Positions 1 through 12,670 of a DNA stretch of 64,000 nt are shown here, piece by piece. Below the pieces are notes generated by a model. It was not told where the DNA came from and searched no databases. It worked only from the letters and a program-made list of their open reading frames with translations. The position numbers were made by a program, and so were the translations under genes. The stretch spans positions 1,811,185-1,875,184 of the forward strand of contig NW_003314277.1 of the NCBI RefSeq assembly GCF_000143415.4, read 5' to 3'. The first letter of the stretch is position 1. Every line of letters begins with the position of its first letter. Origin of the DNA: Selaginella moellendorffii. Lineage: Eukaryota; Plantae; Lycopodiophyta.

Positions 1-11
1 CACAACTTGAT

Positions 12-464
12 TGTAAAAAACTAAAGGGAATAATTTGATAGACGATCCATACGGTTAAGGGTCTTGGGATATTTAGGGTTAAATGTCCTTGGGTTCAAAT
101 AGTACTTGGAGTGACTTCTTAGGAAGTCCAAATTCAAGAGCTTATATTTGGTATTAAAGAGATCTTGACTCTGACTTTATTGGTTAGTTTACATGTTGAG
201 ATTGACAGTTTAGTTGCCTCCAATTGGGCTCGACCCAAGGGGTAGGGTGTTAAGAGAACAAGGCTCTCAAGAGAGCTACGGCTCTTAGCTTCCGTTCACG
301 AGGGTGTGAATTTATAGGGAAGTTTGGTAAATTCTAAGCAACCAAAAGGAACAACTCGAGAGATGATCTATATAGGCTTTAGGATATTTGGGGTTAAACG
401 TCCTTAGGTTTGAATATTATTGGGTCAAGTGATCTCCTAGAAAATCCAAATTCAGGAGCTTATA
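12..464 (+). mobile_element. Cassandra-like TRIM (terminal-repeat retrotransposon in miniature) with 5S rRNA-derived LTR core, decayed
   Basis: Two ~135 bp direct repeats (12-146, ~333-464), both ending GAGCTTATA. Degenerate iMet PBS (TTTGGTATTAAAG) at ~147-159 and ~185 bp non-coding internal region. LTRs contain GGGTTAAATGTCCTTGGGTTCAAATAGTACTTGGAGTGACTTCTTAGGAAGTCC, which resembles the plant 5S rRNA A-box to C-box segment. No TSD seen. Confidence 0.7.
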
Positions 465-933
465 TGCTTGTGCTTAAGTCTAGTCTAATCTAGAGAGGGG
501 GATTGAGAGAGAATTTGGGAATCTATGAATGAATAGCTAACACTCTATTTCTTGTATAATGAGTAGTTAAAACCAAGTAGGACTAAGTAGGAGCTATTAC
601 AATAGGCAATAACTTTAGCAAGTGAACTTAATCAAGGCTAAGGCACTGATGGTCAAATAAACAAGGTAAGCTAATAAATTGTGATTTATAATTTGGTATC
701 AAAGTGGGTCTTGGATTTAACTCTATTGGTTGGCTAGAGGAATCACACTAAATGTTGAAATTGACATTTGGCAGGTTTAGTTTGCCTCTGGCTGGGCTCG
801 ACCTGAGGGGTAAGGTGTTAAGAGAGCAGGCTCTCGAGAGAGCTGCAGCTCTCAACTTCTGTTCACAAGGGTGTAAATTTGTAGGAAAGTGTGGTGGATT
901 GTAAGCAACCAAAGAAAACAACTTAAGAGACAG
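465..933 (+). mobile_element. Chimeric retroelement fragment: gypsy LTR 3' end + PBS + TRIM internal region + start of TRIM LTR
   Basis: 465-690 aligns by eye with the 3' part of the gypsy LTR at 22630-22886. PBS TTGGTATCAAAG at ~692-703. 704-899 aligns with TRIM internal region 160-332. TGTAAGCAACCAAAG at 900 is the TRIM LTR start. Confidence 0.65.
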
Positions 934-949
934 AAATAATATTAATAAA

Positions 950-2989
950 GGAATTGATATACCACCATGGGAAAACCATACAAGCCACGACATGATCCTC
1001 CGCAACACCATTTAGTAAAACAAGTTTATCATTGCTAGATCATTATCGAGTAAAGCAAGTATCAATGGTCTTTAATAAAGTTTACTAGCAATCATTAATT
1101 GCAAAGAAACCAACAATCATTCTTCAACTTACCTTCATAAGACCCAAACACTAAACTCATGTCATCGAGTCATATATTTATCCAACATGAACGTAATACC
1201 CCAGGTATGAAATAAAAGCTCATGAACAAGCACAAACTAAATGACCACTCAAATCGAATCAAACTGCAATAAACTCACTAAAACATTTAGCCAATAGCTC
1301 TAAACATGTCTTGAAGAGGCTAGCTATGCATGATGAATACTCAGTCAAAACTAAAGTGAAGACAATAAAATGGATTTATAGTGGTACACAACCTCCTCAT
1401 AGACAAAACTATATTACAAGTACTAACATTTCAACTTTTTGCAACTTCAAAGGTTTATATGAATATCAAGTGCCAATTCAATTTGACAAAATGTAACATA
1501 AATGCCACACCCCATCAGTAGAGATTTATAACACCAAACACCACTAACTTTTATTCACAACTCAAACAAGTTTATGCTATCTCTTTTTGACCAAACTCAA
1601 AACTAATCTAACACCAAGTTACTTAAGGAGCAATAGCAAGGTTTCCTATAAAAGAATTGAGCAACTCAAGTCTTCAATAGCAAGCCTAAACAAAATGGTT
1701 TAACATTTCACCACTATCCATTCCACAACTCATCATTTGTAAGACCATCATTTCCAACATGCACCAAAATAAAGGTTCTTAATTGCATGATATGAATATG
1801 AGCAATAAGTTAACATCTTGTTGTAAATCATTTCTCCCAAAAGAGAAAATGATTTATGCATTTGATCCTTTGTCCTTGAGGACTCTCTTTTCAATCTCAT
1901 CTTTAACCAAACCTGAAGCTTGTATTTGCCCTGTCTTCAGTCCAATCCAAGAAAAGTTTATGAAAAAGCACAACAAGAACTACTTAAATTAATAGATTTA
2001 TCCCTACAGTCTTAATTAATCCATTTATAATCATGCTTATGAAGGATCCACTAGTGTCATGCTAAACAGTTATGGATTAGCTTATTTGCCACTCAAAGCA
2101 AACCCAAAAGAGGTTTACTTTCACCCATGGTACATGATTCAACTCATGGAAACCATCAATAGACTAACATTAACTTTGCCAACTCAAAATATAACCTTAA
2201 GTTGTTAATATGCCTCACTCACAAGCCCAAGCACAAACTCATGCAAACAAAACATCTTAGTCCAACTTATGAGCCCAAGAGCAAGCTCATAAAATATGGT
2301 ACAAAAAGATAACCAAAATACATACCCAAGGAACAAATATAAAGTCTTAGCACCCAAATATATACCCATTTGGATTATTGCTTTCATCTCTGTGTATGCA
2401 ATGAGACTAATTGCCCAATCTCATTAGATAGTACTCGTTGAAATGTATACTCTGATACCAAATGTAACACACATGGATTTCACCCTTTATCCTATGGTGA
2501 TTTATCATAGAATAACCACAAAGTAGAATCTAAACCCTTTATGTGCCACATATCATATGCTATGTGCCATATGCCATGTGTCCAAAGATAGTGAAGTGAA
2601 ACCCAAGTTTCAAGGCCTTAGGCCACTGAATAAAAAAATGGAGCCAAACTCTCAAGCATGAAGCTAAGGAGCAAATGAACTAAAGCATAGAGCGACTCTC
2701 AAATATACAACCCAAGGAGTAAAAGGGGAGCAACTTGAAACAGTCCTAGAACATCCAACATCCCAATGCTAGAATCAGCACATAGAGCTAAATGAAGTTT
2801 GGCGTTATTTTAACATATCAATGGCCTAACACGAGGATATAAGTATTTCATCAACTAGCATATAGAACTTGGGTTTAAACCCAAGCTAGATGCAAAACAA
2901 GGACAGGCATGCAAGCAAGAGTTAGATTATGCCTCAGGTTAATTAATCATGCCTAACCTACCCAACTAAACTTATTTATACAAATAACA
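950..2989 (-). mobile_element. Highly decayed Ty3/gypsy LTR retrotransposon fragment (LTR ~2463-2989, PBS, gag/RT remnants)
   Basis: Minus-strand PBS TGGTATCAGAG at 2460-2450, next to the LTR end (..TGTTACA). Minus-strand remnant DGVWHLC near 1515-1495 resembles gypsy RT DGSWRLCVD. Many stops and frameshifts. Confidence 0.55.
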
Positions 2990-3299
2990 TAGTTTTGGTT
3001 TATAGTTTTTATATAAGGAAGTACTTAATTACATAAATTATAAATGAATTAGGAATTAATATTAATTGTAAAATAATATATATTGTCTTTATAAACTATT
3101 TGAAATAAAGAAATATATAGTTACTATTAAATATAGAAATGGTAAATAATATATTTTAAAAAATCATAATATTAGTTAACAATTGTATATTATGACACAA
3201 TTTAAGAATGAAAAATTTAGTAAGTTTGCAACCAAAATCAAAGATAAGTTTTATTTCTAAGTGTTTCTGAAAGGATTTTATATTGCTATAAATAAGTTT

Positions 3300-3692
3300 T
3301 TAAAAATAATTATATATTTCATACCGTAAGTAGCAATTATTATCTGCAGAACACATGGCAAATCCAGTTGATAACATAGTTTGTTGATCATTGAAAGCTA
3401 TTATAACAGCTAAGCAATGTAAGCAATCTTTAGCATTTGAACTTATAGAACAACGAGATGTTCCATATATTTCTGTTGGTGACTTGTAATTGAGTGTTTT
3501 TGAAATGGCATCCTTAGAATATATTTGTCTATAGACATCAGTTAATTGATCTCGAAACCCTTCAGGGGCTATTTCATTATTAGATCTAAAATATCCTGGA
3601 GTAATATCCTCACAAGGTTGTGAAAAACTGGTTCTAACTAGTATCAGAAAACTATACACCAATAATATAGTAGTTGTGAAAACAAATTTCAT
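3300..3692 (-). CDS. Secreted single-domain DUF26/Gnk2 (ginkbilobin-2-like) cysteine-rich protein
   Basis: Intact single-exon 130 aa ORF with a hydrophobic signal peptide, the C-X8-C-X2-C motif (CSISSNAKDCLHC) and a C-terminal CYLRYE.Y.YF typical of DUF26. Confidence 0.85.
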   Translation of the reverse strand: MKFVFTTTILLVYSFLILVRTSFSQPCEDITPGYFRSNNEIAPEGFRDQLTDVYRQIYSKDAISKTLNYKSPTEIYGTSRCSISSNAKDCLHCLAVIIAFNDQQTMLSTGFAMCSADNNCYLRYEIYNYF

Positions 3693-4597
3693 TACAATAA
3701 GTATAAGAAGAATATAGATAGTAAAGTTGTGTAAATTCTATGCTTATAATATTCAATATGTCTAGTACAATAAATACATATGATCATAAATTATAAAATA
3801 TTTATAACAAATCCATAATTTGGTTTTAACAAAAATAACACATAAAAATAAAATTTATAATTAAAATTTAATTTTTTTGTAATTTTTATCTTTAGATAAA
3901 TACCAAATGGACAAATATCTAATGGATTATCCAATGACTATATTCCTTCTACTAACACTTATTAGAAAGGTTATTAGAAGGGGAACTTAGAAAATATAAC
4001 AGTATTTTTTATAAAATGGTTTTTAGTTTGCCATTAGGTAAAAATATTATAAGTGGATATTTTAAGAATATTATAAATAAAATATTTGAAATTTTATATA
4101 CTAATTAATTAGCATTTTTGTTTATGAGTGCTAATGGGTAATGGATATATCAAGAATATACTTGGATATTCTAACATAATTTATCTTTATTTAAAAGTGC
4201 TATTGGCATCGGGGGACAGATATACTCTTACCCTTGGATTTGTACAATTAATGGTTTGGATGCATTGCTTTCTTAGAAACGGTTATGGCCCTTTGTATCT
4301 AAGGGTTCACCATCAAATCAAAGATGTGAAGAGGGCAGTGAGGATATAGCATCGTCTCAAGGTTTGGTCTCCACCAAATTGCTGCACACTCTCCAATCTG
4401 GGAAAAAATGGGAATGAAAAAAACCAAAGTTTCTTCATGTATATTTCCGCCATACCAGCCAGCTGGGCTGGATTGAAGCTGCCGTTGGAGAAAACTTGCT
4501 TGTGAGCTTCCTCTTAAATCCTTCCAAACAAGTTTTCTCCAATCTTGCAACAACCAAACTTTCATGGTTAACTTTCTAGTCAACTCAAAAGTCAAAC

Positions 4598-4783
4598 CTT
4601 GCCCATTGACTTCTTAAAGTCATCCACACACAAGGGCCGAATTTCCACATCGTCATTTACTTTCTCGTTGAGCTGCAAAGATTTTGGAAAGTTTGAGAGA
4701 GTAAGAGTCAAAGTTGTAACTACCTCAGCTTCCTTGGCCAGAAGCTCCCGCACTGGCACGTAAGCAGCTGCAGTACATAGGTT
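4598..4783 (-). pseudogene. Captured two-exon fragment of an AAA+ ATPase (ATAD1/Msp1-like family C-terminal region)
   Basis: Exons 4783-4724 (NLCTAAAYVPVRELLAKEAE) and 4672-4598 (LNEKVNDDVEIRPLCVDDFKKSMGK) with AG/GT boundaries. The rest of the gene is absent. Confidence 0.7.
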
Positions 4784-7700
4784 CTATATACATGGCGAGG
4801 AAGCTTGAAAAACGTATTCCCGAATTGCAGGAGCAGCAAGTGTGGATAGAGGATTACACTGCTAAATTACATCACTTGAATCACCAAACCAAAGGTATCA
4901 ATCTCTGCTCTTTGTTACTCATCACTCTTTGGTATGATCTTCTCTTTTCTTTTATTATTTCTTGTGTCAGGAGTGTAAGAAGCTCTTTGTGGTTCTCCTC
5001 CCCAAAAAACAATACTTCGCTGTTCAAGCTACTGGCAGTTCGTTGTTAAAGCTCTACGACAATGTACAGGTAAAAGAAGAAACGTGTAATGACTGCCACT
5101 CCCGTTTGTGTTTTTTTGTTTGAGAATTTTTTTTTCCTCTTTTGCTGATGTGAGAATCGCTACTGCAGATATATGGCCCAGTGATCTCCGTAACAGCTTT
5201 CAAGGTTCACTTTTAATGCCATTAGTGGCTGAAGTCTGCCAATCTGGGTGAAATCAATGTCACTTACAACAGACATAAAACCACCATTTGTCTCCGAGTA
5301 AAGCTCCAGCAGCCATAGAGAGTATCTGCCAGGAAAAAAACAGTTAGATAGCACTGCAAGTACTGGGTATCCAATAAACCAACGGTTTCAAGGGAGAGCG
5401 ATCTGCACACGGTAGACACAGTCCACAACGAGAGTAGAATGGCCTCTTCTTTTGCCGCTGCAGTTTCACAGGCTTATATTGAAAGCGTCCGAGTTTTAGA
5501 ATATGATGAAACTATAAAAGGCTGTTACCTCAGTTAGGTCTATGTCACTCTTAGATCTGTCTAGATCCTCGGTTGTTTCCCCAGGTCTGACAAAGTTGGT
5601 TGTAGATGGTTGAGAGGCCGGAAAAACACCAAACTGTTTTTCATTAGAAGGTAGGAAATGTCTATCTTTAAGAAGCAAAGATCTCCCTTCGTTTTGCTTC
5701 CCAAGTGGTGTCGAAGTACATGCAAATAGTAAGCTTACCCAGCTGTGACTGAACAAACTCTTTTACTGCGTGTAGGCCAGAGTCGTTGAGCGGACACCTT
5801 CCAGGAGCGATTTGAATGAGGTTGTTTATGGACAGGTACCGAGACTTTTTGTTCTTTCAGTTTTATTCACTTTTATCATTTGCAGGACCATCAGGTGCGA
5901 GATGATCTGTATTTGCTTTGAAAGGTGCTAAAGTACCTTCCATTGTTTTGTTCTTGACAGGAATGTCGAGTGGAGAAGCCACGGCCCCCGTCACTGCAAA
6001 TCACGAACGGTCCGGATCAACACTCCTCGGATCCAAGGATCCACGCAAAGGATATGGAACTCTTCGTAGAATTTGCATTTTCAATGGTGAGATTGTGCAA
6101 AGGGCACAAGGATTTTTTTTCAGTAAACAAGTCCTTTCCGTGTTGATGTGAAGTCGGTTCTGGTCTCTGCACCCTGATGCTACTGCATTCTCACGAAGCT
6201 TCCTCTTTTCCACCTACATTTGAAGTATTGCAGAAGTACATACTAAAAGAGCGAGTGCTCATTGCTAATGGTTTTTCCTTTCCTTGCAGTATTATTGCAC
6301 AGGGGCGGCTTGATTGGAGCAGCCAATGTGTTAGCTTGCAATCTCTTTCATGTTCCTGGTTCCCTCCAAGCTTCAAGTTCCAGGAAACATCCAAATCCTG
6401 TCTGCCACTGCTGCTCCTCGTATGTACTTACATATAGGTTTCCTGGTTTGAGTTATACAGAATTTCTTCCAACAGTTTTTGAGGCACTCTGCATAAGGAG
6501 ATTAGGTGCAAGTCAGGCATAAGCCTGTGGCAAACAGTTACAATGACGGCTACAAGCATTCTAGGTACTCAGAATGTTTCTTTAACCCCCTTTCTATACA
6601 CATATGTATTTGCATCTTTTGATTTATCCATTCTACATTCTATTGTTCTAATCCTTGATAGCTTTAGTATTTCTCCATACTACTCCCCAGTGAGTTTTAA
6701 TATTTCTCCAACTTTTCTTTGGATTTCACAAGTATCCTTATTTGCTGATTCATGGGGTTTGGCATGATCACTTTATAACACTAACACCTCATATATTTGT
6801 TTGCCAGTTTTTCTTTCTCTCACAAGTCTCAAATTGAAAGGGAAGACCAAGCTTGAAACACAGCCCCAGATGCAGATCCCAGGAGTTTCTAGGCGCTCCA
6901 TGCCAATAAAGCCGCTAGGGGAGATCCTTCAAGTCATCATCTTGACATGGCGTAAGCAAAGATTTATAAAAAAAACAGAAAAAGTGTAACTCATACCACC
7001 ACCCATAATCTCTGCGCAATTTATTTCATCTCCCTAGGCATTAGTGAAAACGAGATGGTGGCAGCTGCCATGGATACTGCCACGTGAAAAGGAGCTGCCT
7101 GGGGAGGATGAACAGGCAGCTTTAAGAGAAAAGCAGGGTTAGCGGCTTCAAGAAATGGCAGCAGCAGAACGATCCTCAAAGGTTACTGATTTAGAAAATG
7201 AGGTGGAATACTTGAAGAACCTTTTTCGGGATCTGGACTGATTGGAGAATGGGCAAGAGGACTCTTTGCTGGTAGAAGCAGGATTTATGACAAAGCAAGA
7301 AGCACAATTTTTTTAAAACAAGGTAGTATGTAAAGCTAAGGGAGAAAGCATTAAGGTGGTAAAAGATAGTGAATAGTTGCGACATTCTAACATCACAGAA
7401 GTACCCTCTTCTTAAAATTGCAGAAAGCCTTTTATTCAAGGAACAGTTGCGTAAAATACAAGTTTCCTTTTTGTCAGCTGTTTAGCTTCTGTGTGTTCGG
7501 CATTAACAATTGAAGATTTTGCACCACTGGCAGAAAACCCAAAAAATCGGGATCGTGCACTTGAGGGACACATTTGAGCAAAAGCTTTTGGAATCTGACT
7601 TTGTTCTTATGTCAAGATTTCAGGATAAATACAACACAGAGAATAGTCCTTGGCCTTGCTTTAGAGAGATCTCCAAGGTACATAGTTAAATTCATCACAT

Positions 7701-9070
7701 TTGTTTCTGTTATTTTCAACTGCACATGTGTTGCCCCATCAAGCCAGATGACTGCTCAGATTCTTCTCAGATAATTCAAATTCTCTGCTTGAGAAAGTTG
7801 TGATCGCAACAAACAAGTACTTCAAGTCGCCTGGATTGCTGTCAATATTTGATCATGACTTAAAAGCACTTGGATAGAATTCTTTCACAATTTTTTGCAG
7901 GCCTGGCACTGAAACAAAGTGGCATTGACAATGAAGTAGCCAATGAACTTACACGTGACTCAAGTTGTGTAGTTTATTATACATAATACTAAGATATATG
8001 TGAAACATCAGCTACTCGAGCAACTTGGGGAAGGTGAGTATGACACATTTCTTGGAGCTTCCTCTTCATAGTGGCCTCCCACGCCTCACTTCCATCATCA
8101 TTAGTACGTGATGAGTGAGAACGAACGAAATGCCTTTAAAAGAATAAACAGATTTACATAACATATAATATGTATAAGATGAGCGTCTCTAGCAAAGTTC
8201 TCCAATTGTACCTTGAAGCATTGTTCAAAAAAAATGCAAAGAGTAAGACAAGCATCCAGATGACCATTGTGTTTGTGGTGCCATATAAGAAGAGGATCTA
8301 CCTCCGGAACTAAGTGACTTGTGCAACGTTTCTGAGCCACCCAACTTAGACAACACTTGGGCCATAACAATCCTTTTCTAATGTTTTCTGATCAGACAAG
8401 TTGCATCAAAGAACTTCTTGGGTTCATGATTGGAGTTTAGACTATGACCCTTTACAGGAGTAGTGACAACAGAAGTAGGTGAAGATTTTTTTTCTAGATT
8501 CTTGAGAGTCCAGAGCTGGTTGCCAGAATCTGGTAATTGAACTTTTATTATTATAGATATACTCTTTCTTTTGGTTTTGAAGGTATGCTTAATCAACTTG
8601 CAAAGACTTATGAAAAGCTCATTGAATTGCTAAAAGACTTACTGGTGGTGAGGAGGATGCAAAGAGAGACTCTTCCCATTCTTTTTTGACAAATTGTCAA
8701 CTACCAACCTTGGAAAAGGATAATCCCAGGATCTTTGCTGAGCCATGTCTAAAGGAGTGTCATTATATAGTCATTTACAGCTTTTAATGCAATATGTTGG
8801 TCACAGATAATTTCTTCCCCTCTTCTACGAGGCTAGAGTGGATGAAAGTGCTTATAAGCTGCATTTTGCACCTGCAAACTTTCTCTTTTCTTTTTTTTTA
8901 GACCACATAAAAGTCTACCTAAGATGCCACCAAGTCTCATTAGCGGGAGAAGTCTCATTACAGGTAAAATCAGCATAAGTCATTGTTCTATTATTTTATT
9001 TTTTAAAAAAGTGTTGTTCTAACCCAAAGTATGTATGATTACATTTTTTCATACTGAAAACATTCTCTAC

Positions 9071-9100
9071 TTTTTCAGCGGAGCTGGGATCCCTGTTAGT
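9071..9100 (+). mobile_element. Degenerate internal Helitron 3' terminus
   Basis: TTTTTCAGCGGAGCTGGGATCCCTGTTAGT versus the intact TCTCCCAGCGGAGCTGGGATCCCAGCTAGT at 20191-20220. The stem is weakened and CTAG has become TTAG. Confidence 0.65.
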
Positions 9101-9794
9101 ACTCTCTTATAACGGTTATGGCTGTTCATATCTGAGGGTTTCATGTTTGACTCTCTCTTGTGTCACTGTGCAGCATTGGGAACGAAACAAGGAGAGCAAG
9201 CTTCACTATTGATAAGTTTCTTTCTCTCATTTTTCACAGTTGAGTCGCCACTGTTTCTGGGTCTCCAGAATGTATACTTTGGAACGGGTATGTGTATGAT
9301 TTACGGTCTTTGCAATGTCGTTTGAATGTGTTTGCATAAGAACAGGTCATGAGTACTGGGAAGATGAAGGCATTGAAGAAAAAGAGCTAGCATGCAGGTA
9401 AATGATGAACATATTTCACCCATATGATCCTGTCACCTATAGGTATCAACATACTTCTGTGTGACCAGTGTTTAAATTTATCCTTTCGTCCTGATTACAG
9501 AGTGGAGCCTCTGATATCTATTCTTTTTGGAGAAGGTCAGTGAATATCTTGGGATACAGGTAATCATAGTGCTTTGTAAGTTTTGTTGTCAAAGCTAGAG
9601 GAAATTCTTCGGTTTGGTTTTGTCACAGTTTTTTATGGTAGTATGGTGACAGAAAGGCTATCTAGAAGTCCCAATGGTAGACTTAATGCTACAAGTAAGT
9701 CTTCCTCTTTGCTATCACATCATTCTCATGTGGATCCAGGATACAAAATCTGAGCACCACTACATATTGGTATCTGATAAACGACTGCAGTGGC

Positions 9795-9796
<2 letters not shown>

Positions 9797-9838
<42 letters not shown>
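9797..9838. repeat. (GA)n microsatellite
   Basis: Visible GA run of about 20 units with one interruption. Confidence 0.95.
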
Positions 9839-12261
9839 GAGATTTGGAGTTGGAATCACAGCAGCAGCAGCATCACCAGCAAGAAGATCTTAAGGCCATG
9901 AGAATTCTCCACCAGAATTCTCAACCCAGTGGCAAGGTGAGCTTCACTGTGGTTGCGGTGCTCTAGAGCAGGTTAATGACCATGCGTTTCTCTACAGGGG
10001 CATGGTGCTGTATAAATCCAATTAGTCTGGAGACAAGGAGCATCATCACACCCATGGAAGTGTATCAATTATTGTGACACACTAGGTAGGATCCAATCCA
10101 ACTTCAGCAACTTGCAGAGAAAGAGAGAACTAAGAAAAACAAAGAATAGTGGCCATGGCCATATCTGGACAAATTAAGTGAGATTGTGTTGTAATACTAC
10201 ATTGTTTATAAAGTGTCTCCTGCCATTGGCTGTCTAGAAGTCCCAATGGTAGAGCTAATTTGTAAGTCGGAATCACAGCAGCAGCAGCAGCATCACCAGC
10301 GAGAAGATCTCAAGGTTGCACGAGAATTCTTCACCAGGTATTTCTCACATGTACGTAGTGGCAAAGCCAGTGTCGGTGAGCAGGTTGGTGTGAGGGACAG
10401 GGATGAAGATCTCACGAAGGACAGGGAAAAAGATCTTGTAGGGTCTGCCATCGCCCACAAGCAGTGGAATTACGTTTTTTCAAGCTTCCCGGAGGAAGAC
10501 TCAAGTCTGGAGAAAAACAGTAAAGAAGTTTCTTTCATCATTCACTCTGCTAACTTTGATAAATCTGCTAACTAGAGGTGGAAGGATTGAAGAGGAAGCT
10601 CATGAGCAACCAATGGTAGCTTTAATCCAGCCTGGGACAAGTATGATGGAAATACATGAAGATATAAAGAACTTTGATTTTGTTCATTTCCATTTCTTCT
10701 AGTTTGGAGTGTTTGTGGCAATTTGGTAGAGACCAAACTTTGAGGCGCTACATATCTTTACTGCCCTCCTCACATCACCAAACCAAAGGTACTGATCTTT
10801 GTTCTTCATTACTCATAATTCTTTTGTATGATCTTCTCATTTCTTTTATTATTTCTTGTGTCAGGAGTGTAAGAAGTTCTGCATGGTTCTCCTCCCCAAA
10901 AGACAATACTTTACTGTTTCAAAGAATCTCAAACTGCTGGCAATTCCATTGTTTAAGATTTATGATAATGTAGGTAAGAGAAGAAACATTTAATGTCTAC
11001 ATTCGCTTTTTTTTTTTTGTTTTTTTGTTTTCTTGCTTTGAGAAAGTTTTTCTCTTCCTTTGCTGATGTGAGAATTGTTACTGCAGAGATATGCCCAGTG
11101 ATCTCTGCCATCTTCTTGCAGCTTTCAAGGTTCACCTTCATTGCCATTGATTGTTGAACACTGGCAATCTGGGTGAATTTTTTCTTCCTTTTCTCCATTT
11201 TGTAAAACTATTAACTTACTATGAGTGGCTCTCTTTTTTTGTTTCAAACGTTTCTCTTATAAATGAAGATACACTCCCTCAGCTGGATAAAAGTGTAATG
11301 GAATCAAGAAAGAAATAAAAAATTACATGCCTACCATATACAATGTGTGTATACGATGACAAGAATATGTCAACCCACCTGAAGATTCTTGGGCAAGATG
11401 TGGAGGTGCTAATATTGTTTAATGCAGGAAGCAAATGAGTTATGTGAGCAGATGGAAAGCCTGCAGTTAGTGTTAATCAACAAGCTTTCTTGAAACAGCA
11501 AAATACAAAAGCGATGACAGTACAGCCAAGATGCAGTCGCTACATCTTTAATTGAGAAGGAAAAGAATAAATCTGCTACTAAGAGAAGACTGTGGGCTTT
11601 GATGAGACAGAAAAATCTAAGACCGAACAGGAGGTACTAAAGATTACGGAAGAACTTGAAGATGCATGGGAGTTGAACAGGTTTCTCAAAAAATACATTG
11701 CTGGCTATACATAAAAAAAATGGATGTCAGTGTGCAAAAGTGGAAGCATTTGTGATTTTTCTTCATGGTTTGGAAGGAATCTTACCTCTGTTCTCCCTGT
11801 GGGTTTGAAAATTAAAGAGTCACCAGGTCTTATGTATCTGTGTTGCCTTTGTCAAAGATTTACAAAAGTCCAACTCTTTTTCACTTTATATGGTTTGGCT
11901 CTTTCTTGCTTTATAATAGTCTAGATTTCTTAACTCTCAAATTTTCGAGTATGCACAATAGGAAACTAAAATTCACAGATCTCACTTATCAGCATTGCTT
12001 TGGTCAAAAAGTTATATTTAATGGCCTAACACTATTGTGAGACACAAAATCCCTAGGCCCCAAAGTGGAGCCGGAAGGGCGCCACATGGTAATGGCCGAA
12101 GCGAGAGCCAAACGAGCGTAACACGTTTGGACCAAAAGCTCCAACTTGAAAAGTCAAGAGTGGGAGTGGAACTCCCAACGAAGTGCTCGAGGAACGAGCA
12201 CGAAGCGAGCAAAAGGCAAGGCTCCAAAAAGGGACCCAAAAGGACCAACACATGACACGTG

Positions 12262-12547
12262 GGAGTGTCCGAGATGGACTCGAGTTGGAGTCCGAAGTGG
12301 AGTCCGAGATGGACCCGAGTTGGAGTCCGAAGTGGAGTCCGAGATGGACCCGAGTTGGAGTCCGAAGTGGAGTCCGAGATGGACCCGAGATGGAGTCCGA
12401 GATGGAGTCCGAAGTGGAGTCCGAGATGGACCCGAGATGGAGTCCGAGATGGAGTCCGAGATGGAGTCCGAGATGGACCCGAGATGGACCCGAGATGGAG
12501 TCCGAGATGGAGTCCGAGATGGAGTCCGAAGTCGAGACCGAGACCAG

Positions 12548-12579
<32 letters not shown>

Positions 12580-12670
12580 TCGGAACCGAGACCGAGACCG
12601 AGGCCGAGGCCGAGGCCGAGACCGAGCCCGAGCCCGAGTCCGAGTCCGAATCCGAGTCCGAGTCCGGAGC
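12262..12670 (+). repeat. LTR minisatellite (11-12 bp units GGAGTCCGAGAT/GGACCCGAGAT/GGAGTCCGAAGT, then CCGAG(A/G/T) hexamers), 5' LTR copy
   Basis: Directly visible tandem array that generates low-complexity ORFs in all frames. Confidence 0.95.

Larger units (their letters stand above)
4880..11179 (+). repeat. Diverged direct duplication of ~380-400 bp (4880-5254 and 10774-11179) inside the Helitron cargo
   Basis: Both copies run ATCACCAAACCAAAGGTA...CAATCTGGGTGAA. ORFs 4792 and 10674 share the translation HQTKG..LCS..LI.L.YDLL.SFIISCVRSVRSS.WFSSPK. Confidence 0.9.

Noticed and set aside
5760-11720. Intact multi-exon gene in the Helitron interior
   Set aside because: Exon-like pieces have stops, mixed orientation and duplications. 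I could not assemble or identify a coherent protein.
12262-12670. CRISPR-like periodic array
   Set aside because: No unique spacers, eukaryotic LTR context, and no cas genes.
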